DNA from: Dehalococcoidia bacterium | Lineage (GTDB): Bacteria > Chloroflexota > Dehalococcoidia > UBA2979 | DNA length: 64,000 nt | Direction: 5' to 3' | Assembly: GCA_965262725.1 (NCBI GenBank) | Contig: OZ253555.1 | Span: 2,816,001 to 2,880,000, forward strand | In this document: in pieces, positions 57,297 to 64,000 of the stretch | Layout of the letters: every line of letters begins with the position of its first letter | How positions within the stretch are numbered: the stretch's first letter is position 1 | The notes under the pieces: model-generated | Told to the model about the DNA's origin: nothing | What the model saw: the letters and a program-made list of their open reading frames with translations, nothing else | The model's database searches: none | Program-made: the position numbers and the translations under genes

Positions 57297-58075
57297 GCGC
57301 CGGGCGGCCCGCCGAGCCGGGCGGCGCCGTCGCCATCTGGGTGAGCACCCCGGACGGCATCCGCTCCGAGTTCGAGCGCTGGCACAACGTGGAGCACACG
57401 GCTGACCGCGTCGGGCTCCCCGGCTACTGGCTCGGCCGCCGCTGGCGCGCGCTACCGGCGGCCTCCGCCGGAGAGCTCGCCGCGCCGACCGACTACCTCG
57501 CGCTCTACGAGGTGGACGACGCCGAGGTGCTCCGGCAAGCGGCCTACCTCGATCAGCTGAACGAGCCCACCGCGTGGAGCCGCCGGATGCTGGCCCCGAC
57601 GTTCGACGTGGAGCGGGCGATCTACGAGCTTGTTATGTCACATGGCGATGAGCCGGCGCTCGACGCCCCCTACCTCCTCGCCGTTCGCGTCAACCCGCCG
57701 CCGGGTCCGGATGGCGACGCGGAGCTGCTCGCCTGGTACCGCGAGGAGCACCTCCCGCGGCTCGGGGCGGTCGACGGGACGATACGGGGGCGCGTCTTCC
57801 GCCGCGTCGACGCCATCTCCGACATCCCGACCACAGAGAAGGAGATTCAGCGGACCCGCGTCACCGGTCAGCGCTTTCTCGCGCTCTACGAGCTCGCAGA
57901 CCCCGACGCTCCGAACTCGGAGGCGTGGCGCGACGCCTCGACGGGGACGCGAAGGAGCGCCGCCTTCCGGGAGCGGCTCCGGGACGTGGCGCGCGAACTC
58001 TACTGGCTCCAGTTCGCACGCCACGCGCCGTGGCGCATCCGGCGGCGGCCCGCGCCTCCTGACACCGGCGGCTGA
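57293..58075 (+). CDS. tandem EthD/DUF4286-like dimeric alpha+beta barrel protein
   Basis: Repeated WxxxEH...G...LALYE units; GTGA overlap with the upstream gene. Confidence 0.8.
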   Translation: MSAGRPAEPGGAVAIWVSTPDGIRSEFERWHNVEHTADRVGLPGYWLGRRWRALPAASAGELAAPTDYLALYEVDDAEVLRQAAYLDQLNEPTAWSRRMLAPTFDVERAIYELVMSHGDEPALDAPYLLAVRVNPPPGPDGDAELLAWYREEHLPRLGAVDGTIRGRVFRRVDAISDIPTTEKEIQRTRVTGQRFLALYELADPDAPNSEAWRDASTGTRRSAAFRERLRDVARELYWLQFARHAPWRIRRRPAPPDTGG

Positions 58076-58204
58076 CCCGCCGCCCCGCCTCTCCCAGCGC
58101 TCAGGTTGCGCGAGCCCGGACCGCCTCGGCGACCGCTCCCGCGGCCAGCCAATTCGACGACCGGGGGAGCAGCGCCCGACAGCAGATCCGACGCGGGGCG
58201 CTCG

Positions 58205-58351
58205 TCACCCTCGGCCCTGCGCGGCCGCGACGACCATCACCGTGGCGTAGGCGATGATCGCGTTCAGCCCGAAGCGCTTGAACACGCCTTCCAATAGCTT
58301 TGCGACGATGATGACCAGACCGATCGAGAAGAGGGCGCCCTCGATTTCCAA
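58205..58351 (-). pseudogene. 48-codon N-terminal remnant of a probable cation:proton antiporter
   Basis: Manual translation LEIEGALFSIGLVIIVAKLLEGVFKRFGLNAIIAYATVMVVAAAQGRG*, with AGGAAGG upstream. Confidence 0.5.
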
Positions 58352-58503
58352 TGCGCCTGTCCTTCCTGAAGTCGGGCGGCGCGCGTGCGGTGGACCGTGA
58401 TGGTCAATCCGGCCAGCGGCCCGACCCCATCACCGGAGTCCACCGCGGGTCAGCGTCGCCCCCGCTTTCGGCCGCTCGGCCCAGCGCAATCACCCGCGGC
58501 CCG

Positions 58504-59100
58504 CTACTCGATGCGGATGCGCGCCCGCTCGATCTGAAGCGACTCGGTCGGCCTCCCGCTGCGCGTCCCGCGCTTCTCCAGTGCGCGCACGGTCTCCATC
58601 CCCGTCTCGACCTCGCCGAAAATCGTGTGCTTGTCGTCGAGCCACGCGGTCTCCACGAAGGTCAGGAAGAACTGACTTCCGTCCGTACCGGGTCCCGCGT
58701 TCGCCATCGAGAGCAGCCCCGGGCGGTCGTGCCTCACCGAGCGATCGAACTCGCCGTCGTACTGGTAGCCGGGGCCACGCGTCCCCGTGCCGGCAGGGCA
58801 GCCGCCCTGCGCCATGAAGCCGTCGATGATCCGGTGGAAGAGGAGCCCGTCGTAGAAGCCGAGCGCCGCCAGGTAGATGGTGCTCGAGACGTGCATCGGC
58901 GCGACCTCGGCGAGGAGCCGCACCGTGATCGGGCCGACGGTCGTCTCTAGGTCCCAGAGATAGCGCCGTTCCCGCTCGAAGCGCGCCTTGGGAGGCCGCG
59001 GCAACCGCAGGCGCCAGCCGTCTGTGTCGGTGTCGATCTCCTGCTTGGCGATGAAATCGTCGATCTCCTCGACGCCGCTCCGTCTCTCGCTCGCGCTCAC
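58504..59100 (-). CDS. cyclophilin-type peptidyl-prolyl cis-trans isomerase
   Basis: FYDGLLFHRII..FMAQGG, LSMANAGPGTDGSQFF, WLDDKHTIFG. Confidence 0.96.
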   Translation of the reverse strand: MSASERRSGVEEIDDFIAKQEIDTDTDGWRLRLPRPPKARFERERRYLWDLETTVGPITVRLLAEVAPMHVSSTIYLAALGFYDGLLFHRIIDGFMAQGGCPAGTGTRGPGYQYDGEFDRSVRHDRPGLLSMANAGPGTDGSQFFLTFVETAWLDDKHTIFGEVETGMETVRALEKRGTRSGRPTESLQIERARIRIE

Positions 59101-59184
59101 GCCGTCCCCTTTCCCTGGCACGCCGCCCTCCGTATCACGGCTGCGCACACTGGTGCGGCCCGTGGGGATCCCGGCGGCTGCCTC

Positions 59185-60135
59185 TCAGGCTGGTCCCGCG
59201 CAGCGTACCGCGCCCGGCGTCTCCTCCACGAGCGGCTCGAGGAACTCGAGCACGCCGCGAACGAACGCGGAGGGCTGCTCGCGGAAGCAGTAGTGCCCGG
59301 CTCGCTCAATGATCCTCATCTCCGACCGCGGCGTCCTGCGTCGGACGAGTCCCCAGAGCCGTTCGCCGCCACGAACCGGCGCCGAGGGATCCTGTGCGCC
59401 CCAGAGAATCAGCGTCGGCGCCGGCAGGCCCCGCTCGCGTATCGCCTGAAGCGCCTCGGTACGCGCACGATCGAGACTCGGCTGGAAGAGGGCGCCTCTC
59501 AGCTCTGCCATCTCCCTCCGCGCACGCACGACTTCCGGCCGCCGGGCGATCGCCACGAGGCGGTCCACAAAGTCGGTGGTGAGGTGGGCCGCCGACACCG
59601 ACTGCGCCTCCGGCTCGATGCGCACCGCCTCCGGGCCCGCCTCGCCCGGAGGCGGTGGTGGCAGCCGCGCATAGAACCGCTCCGAGCGCGGGTAGGAGAC
59701 ATCCTCGGGGGCGAGCGAACCGGCGTCGACGAGCGTCAGGGAGCGCGCGAGATCGGGGCGCGCGAGCGCCAGCCGCGCGACGAGCAGCGCGCCGCGCGAG
59801 TGGCCGACGAGGTGGGCGCCCGAGCCCACGACCTCATCCATGAAGCACTCGAGGTGACGTTCGCCCACCTCCCAGCGGTAGTCATCCGGCGCGGGCGGCG
59901 CCTCCGTATGGCCCTGACCCGGCCGGTCGGGCGCGACGACACGGAACCGCCGGGTGAGCGGCCCGAGCACCGTGTCCCACGAGTCAAGTGAGTACCACGA
60001 GCCGTACTGACCTCCGTGCACCAGCACGAGCGGCGGTGCGCCCGCCTCACCCGCCGCGTAGTAGCGCGTGGCGAGGCCGCCGATCTCGGCCTGGTGCAGG
60101 CGCCGCGGGTCGAGCTCGGGCTCGCGCGGCGACAC
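59185..60135 (-). CDS. alpha/beta hydrolase (C-C/meta-cleavage-product hydrolase-like)
   Basis: LVHGG, GHSRG, WGAQDP, AGHY; GTG start inferred. Confidence 0.87.
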   Translation of the reverse strand: MSPREPELDPRRLHQAEIGGLATRYYAAGEAGAPPLVLVHGGQYGSWYSLDSWDTVLGPLTRRFRVVAPDRPGQGHTEAPPAPDDYRWEVGERHLECFMDEVVGSGAHLVGHSRGALLVARLALARPDLARSLTLVDAGSLAPEDVSYPRSERFYARLPPPPPGEAGPEAVRIEPEAQSVSAAHLTTDFVDRLVAIARRPEVVRARREMAELRGALFQPSLDRARTEALQAIRERGLPAPTLILWGAQDPSAPVRGGERLWGLVRRRTPRSEMRIIERAGHYCFREQPSAFVRGVLEFLEPLVEETPGAVRCAGPA

Positions 60136-60142
60136 GGGTGGC

Positions 60143-61021
60143 CTAGAAGCCGGGGTCCGGCGGTTCCGCCGGCAGCTCGGTGGATGGGAACCCCGCCGGC
60201 CAGCCGACGTACTCCGCTGCGTTTCCGCCGAGCACGAGGTCGAGTTCTGCGGCCGGGAAGTCGGCGAGCGCCGCGCGCACCAGTTCGAGCTCCTCCGGGT
60301 AGCGCGCACGGCCCCGGGCGAGCTGCTGTGTGTGATCGCTCGCCCAGAGGAGGCGCCCGGGCCCGTACTCGGCGAGCAGCCGCCGCACCAGACCGTGCGT
60401 GTCGGCGAAGGGGGCGTGCTCGCGCGAGCGCGAGGCGAGCGTCGAGAGCTTGACGGCGACGTTTCGGAAGCGCGAGAGGGAGAGCATGACCGCGAATTGC
60501 TCCTCATCGATACCGCCGTGGATGCGCGGCAGTCCGAGGTGGTCGACGATAAGCCTGAGCTCCGGATGCCGCTCGAGCGCGCGCTGCGCCATCTCCAGAC
60601 GGCCGGGGAAGAAGCCCGCGACCGGGAGCCCGCAGCGCTCGGCCGCGGCCCAGAACGGCTCCAGGCGCTCGTCGGGCCAGGCGTCCTGCTCGGTGTCGCG
60701 GAAATGGACGCGGACGCCCACCATTCCGGGCTGCTCCCGCCAGCGTGCAACCTGCTCCTCAATGTCGGGCGCGCCCGCGTCCAAGAGCCCCATCACGGCG
60801 AAGCACTCCGGCCAGCTCCGCGCGCATTCCAGCGCGAAGTCGTTCCGCACGCCCATGATCGCCGGGGGCACGATGACCACCCGATCGACGCCGGCCTCCT
60901 CCATCAGCGGCAGCATCCGCTCGGGGCCGAACGGTTCGGGCAAGCTCGGCGTACGGTCGGGGCGCCACGGCCGGTCCGGGCGATTCCCCTCCCAGAGGTG
61001 CACCTGCATGTCGATGATCAC
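60143..61021 (-). CDS. amidohydrolase_2 family protein (paralog of 40435-41271)
   Basis: DMQVH, GVDRVVIVPP, DHLGLPRI, KLS, WASDHTQ. Confidence 0.9.
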   Translation of the reverse strand: MIIDMQVHLWEGNRPDRPWRPDRTPSLPEPFGPERMLPLMEEAGVDRVVIVPPAIMGVRNDFALECARSWPECFAVMGLLDAGAPDIEEQVARWREQPGMVGVRVHFRDTEQDAWPDERLEPFWAAAERCGLPVAGFFPGRLEMAQRALERHPELRLIVDHLGLPRIHGGIDEEQFAVMLSLSRFRNVAVKLSTLASRSREHAPFADTHGLVRRLLAEYGPGRLLWASDHTQQLARGRARYPEELELVRAALADFPAAELDLVLGGNAAEYVGWPAGFPSTELPAEPPDPGF

Positions 61022-61030
61022 GGGGCGATG

Positions 61031-62344
61031 CTACACGGCTGCGGCGGCGCGCTGCGGCGGCCGCACGAGGAGGACCACCACCATCCCGAGCAGCGCGGCC
61101 GCCGCCATCGTGAGCAGCACGCCGGTGTAACTCCCCGTCGCGTCGAAGTAGGCCGAGACGATGATGGGCCCGGAGGCGCTGAAGAGGAGGTTGAACGGCA
61201 TCGACGCGCCGCGGACCTGCCCGAGGTAGCGCCGACCAAAGAACGTCGCCCACAGCAGTTCCTGCATCGGGAGATTGCCGGCGATGCCGAGCCCGGCCAG
61301 GAGGAAGCCGGCGGCCACGGCGGGCCCGCTCCCGGCCTGTGCGGCGGGCACCACCGTGGCGATGCCGCCCGCGAGGCAAAGAAAGGCGGCGGAGGCCAGG
61401 AATCGCGGGTGGATGCGCTCCGCGAGCAACCCCCAGAACGGCCGTGTCACCAGCCCCGGGAAGGCAAACAGCCCGAGCATCGCCGACGCGGTGCTGCGCT
61501 CGAAGCCGGAGTCCGTCAGGTAGGGGATCGTCTGCGTCGCGATGGCGAGCAGCGAGAGACTGCTCATCCCGAAGGCGAAGATCAGCATCCACATCGTGCG
61601 CGTGCGCAGCGCCTGGCGGCGGGTGAGCGAGGAGTCGAAGTCGCGCCTCACGGCGTCGGCCGCGCCGCTGCGCAATTGCGCGGCGGTGCGGCCGTCCGGG
61701 TTCAGGCCATGATCCTCGGGACGGCGCCGCATGACCATCGCCGCAGGAAGCATCAGCGCCACGAAGCCGATCGCGAGAAGCTGCCACGCCATGCGCCAGC
61801 CCACGCCATCGACGAGCGCCGTCAGCACCGGGGGAACCACCACGCCCGAGAGCGAGATTCCCATCGCCGCGAAGCCGATGGCCCGGCCTCGGCGCTCGAC
61901 GAACCACTTTGACATCGTGACGTTCACGACCAGACCGCCGGCCAGGGCCGCGCCGAGCGCGGCCACGAGCCCCCGCACCACCACCCACTGCCAGAGCTCG
62001 GTGATCTGGGAGGAGCCGACGAGGGCCACCGCGGCAACGGCGGTCCCGATCAGCATGAGCGGCCGCGGCCCGCGCCGGTCGAGCAGGTGGCCGACGTACA
62101 TGCTGGTCACCGCCATCACGAACTGACCGATCGTGATCGCAAGGATGAACTGCGTGCGCGACCACCCGAGATCCTCGCTCATCGGCACGAGGAAGGGGCC
62201 CGTGCCGTAACCCTGCAGCGCGGAGCTCGCGAACATCGCCGCCGCGGCGGCGCCGACGATGTTCCAGCCGTAGAAGTAGCGCGGGCGGCGCCGCGGCGAG
62301 CGGCGGGCCGGGGGCAGCGGGGGGGCGGGTACTGCCTCGACCAC
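61031..62344 (-). CDS. MFS transporter
   Basis: FYGWNIV, LLDRRGPR, SKWFVERRGRA. Confidence 0.92.
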   Translation of the reverse strand: MVEAVPAPPLPPARRSPRRRPRYFYGWNIVGAAAAAMFASSALQGYGTGPFLVPMSEDLGWSRTQFILAITIGQFVMAVTSMYVGHLLDRRGPRPLMLIGTAVAAVALVGSSQITELWQWVVVRGLVAALGAALAGGLVVNVTMSKWFVERRGRAIGFAAMGISLSGVVVPPVLTALVDGVGWRMAWQLLAIGFVALMLPAAMVMRRRPEDHGLNPDGRTAAQLRSGAADAVRRDFDSSLTRRQALRTRTMWMLIFAFGMSSLSLLAIATQTIPYLTDSGFERSTASAMLGLFAFPGLVTRPFWGLLAERIHPRFLASAAFLCLAGGIATVVPAAQAGSGPAVAAGFLLAGLGIAGNLPMQELLWATFFGRRYLGQVRGASMPFNLLFSASGPIIVSAYFDATGSYTGVLLTMAAAALLGMVVVLLVRPPQRAAAAV

Positions 62345-62512
62345 GCTCGCCCTCAGTCCGTGCGCGCTCGTGATGGACGCGGGAGGCCAGAGCAGGGCCG
62401 GCCCGGCGGAGCGGCGTCACCCGCCGGAAGCCACCGGGGTGTGAGGCCCGCCTTCGAGTCGCCCCCGCGGGCTACCCGCCCGGCCGGACGTGCCGGCTGG
62501 ATCGGCCTTCGG

Positions 62513-63337
62513 CTAGGAGAACTCGCCGCTGTTGAAGGCGTCGATCCCCTCCCGCATCCCACGCTCGCGCATCGCCTTTTGCATCACCTTGACCGGCTCC
62601 GAGTAGTGGAGCATCGCGTCGAATTCCTGCCCGAAGCGGATCGCCGTGCTGAAGCCCCGGATGTCCATCGTCCGGTTCACGCCGAGCTTCTTGATGCGGA
62701 GGATCTTGCTCGGCACGTTCGCGATGCGCTCCGCCATCTGGCGGACCGTCTCCTCCAGCTGATCGGCGGGGACGGCGCGGTTCGCCCAGCCCCACTCGGC
62801 CGCCGTGGTGCCGCTGATCTGGCTTCCGACCGTGAACGACATCTCCTTCGCCCGCTTGGGTCCCACGAGCCACGTCCACATCGGCGAGATGTAGCCGCCG
62901 CCCACCGGGATCGAGGGGAAGCCGATGCGCGCATCCTCCGCCACCACCGTGATGTCGCAGACGACGCAGATCTGCGTCGCGATGCCGAGGCAGTAGCCGT
63001 GTACCTGGGCGATGATGGGCTTCGGATGGTTCCAGATGCGGAGATAGCGGTCGACGCTCCGCTCAAGCTTCTCATGGTCGTCGACCACATCCTCCACCAC
63101 CACCTCGGCCGAGGCGTTGCCGGGTCCGGTGAAGTCGGCGCCGGCTGAGAAGGCGCGCCCGTTGCCGCGCACGATCAGCACGCGCACCTCGGGGTCGTTC
63201 CGGCCACGCTCGAGCGCCTCGTCGAACTGGAGAAGCGCCGGGCCGGAGAGCGCGTTCAGGATCTCCGTGCGGTTGAAGGTGATATAGCCGAGCCGCCCCT
63301 CGGGCTCGTAGAGAACCATTCGCTCCTCGTTGCTCAT
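62513..63337 (-). CDS. enoyl-CoA hydratase/isomerase family protein
   Basis: FNRTEILNAL, FSAGAD, PKPIIAQVHGYCLG. Confidence 0.92.
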   Translation of the reverse strand: MSNEERMVLYEPEGRLGYITFNRTEILNALSGPALLQFDEALERGRNDPEVRVLIVRGNGRAFSAGADFTGPGNASAEVVVEDVVDDHEKLERSVDRYLRIWNHPKPIIAQVHGYCLGIATQICVVCDITVVAEDARIGFPSIPVGGGYISPMWTWLVGPKRAKEMSFTVGSQISGTTAAEWGWANRAVPADQLEETVRQMAERIANVPSKILRIKKLGVNRTMDIRGFSTAIRFGQEFDAMLHYSEPVKVMQKAMRERGMREGIDAFNSGEFS

Positions 63338-63456
63338 CGGGCACCCTCTCGCTGCGCTCCTCGCGTGGTCGCGAGTATACGCACTGCCACCGGCAAGTCG
63401 CGGGTGAGGTCTGCCTCGTATGCTGGCGGGAACGTCAGGCGTGGAAGGGGGTCGGC

Positions 63457-64000
63457 GTGACGGACGGGAGCTGGGCGCGGGAGTGGGACGCCACCATCGC
63501 GGCGGTCGGCACCGACTACGGCGGGGAGCGCGTGGTCGTCGCCGTCGACGAGGTCGAGCGCGGCGCCATTCGCCGCTACTGCGAGGTGCTCGAGTTCGAC
63601 TGCCCGTTGCACTACGACGACGCGATCGCGCGCTCGGTCGGCTATCAAGGGATCGTCGCGCCCGTTTCGGGCATCTCCCAGACGTGGACGCGCGAGGCGC
63701 ACTGGCGCCCGGGCATGCCGACCCGCTACCCCGTGCTCGATCCCGACGCCGAGGTGCTGAGGGAGAACGTGCGCTTCGCGGGGCCGCCCGAGCCCCCGAC
63801 GTCCCTCAGCTTCGTGACCGACCTCGCCATCGAATACCTCGCGCCGGTCTACGTCGGCGACCGGCTCTCCCGCCGCGGCCACCGGTTGGTTTCGGTGCTT
63901 CCGAAGGAGACGAGCATCGGCCGCGGCGCCTTCCTCACCTACGAGAGCGAGGTGCGGAATCAGCGCGGCGAGCTCGTGGCGCGCAGCCACAACGGCGGCT
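63457..64000 (+). CDS. MaoC N-terminal (hot-dog) dehydratase domain protein, runs off the window edge
   Basis: Manual translation: DEVERGAIRRYCEVLEFDCPLHYD..ARSVGYQGIVAP...VYVGD...VRNQRGELVA. Confidence 0.85.
   Translation, partial: MTDGSWAREWDATIAAVGTDYGGERVVVAVDEVERGAIRRYCEVLEFDCPLHYDDAIARSVGYQGIVAPVSGISQTWTREAHWRPGMPTRYPVLDPDAEVLRENVRFAGPPEPPTSLSFVTDLAIEYLAPVYVGDRLSRRGHRLVSVLPKETSIGRGAFLTYESEVRNQRGELVARSHNGG

Overview
High-GC (roughly 70-75% by eye), gene-dense 64-kb bacterial chromosomal segment with about 65 CDSs. I saw no rRNA, tRNA, CRISPR array, transposase or phage gene. Gene content suggests an aerobic, heterotrophic Chloroflexota/Dehalococcoidia-like organism (inference): expanded luciferase-like monooxygenases, alpha/beta hydrolases, VOC proteins, amidohydrolases, MFS permeases and crotonases, plus a Chloroflexus-type malyl-CoA lyase. 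Main blocks: (i) gatC-gatA-aminotransferase-hydrolase operon; (ii) methyltransferase plus class A PBP with two Ig-like repeats, and ktrA; (iii) a C5-dicarboxylyl-CoA cluster (mcl, an atypical SucCD-family ligase, ferredoxin, ferritin, rpiB, mcd, mch); (iv) a corrinoid/iron-chelate ABC importer, a MetE-like enzyme and a cobalamin riboswitch ahead of a second btuF; (v) repeated catabolic paralog modules. The most notable observations are a riboswitch that appears to act through a 20-codon leader ORF and an RBS-blocking hairpin, a citryl-CoA-synthetase-like ligase coupled to Mcl, four alpha/beta-hydrolase folds with His or Ala at the nucleophile elbow, and three tandem-VOC proteins with a shared non-canonical signature. 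All assignments come from motif reading; no database searches were run.
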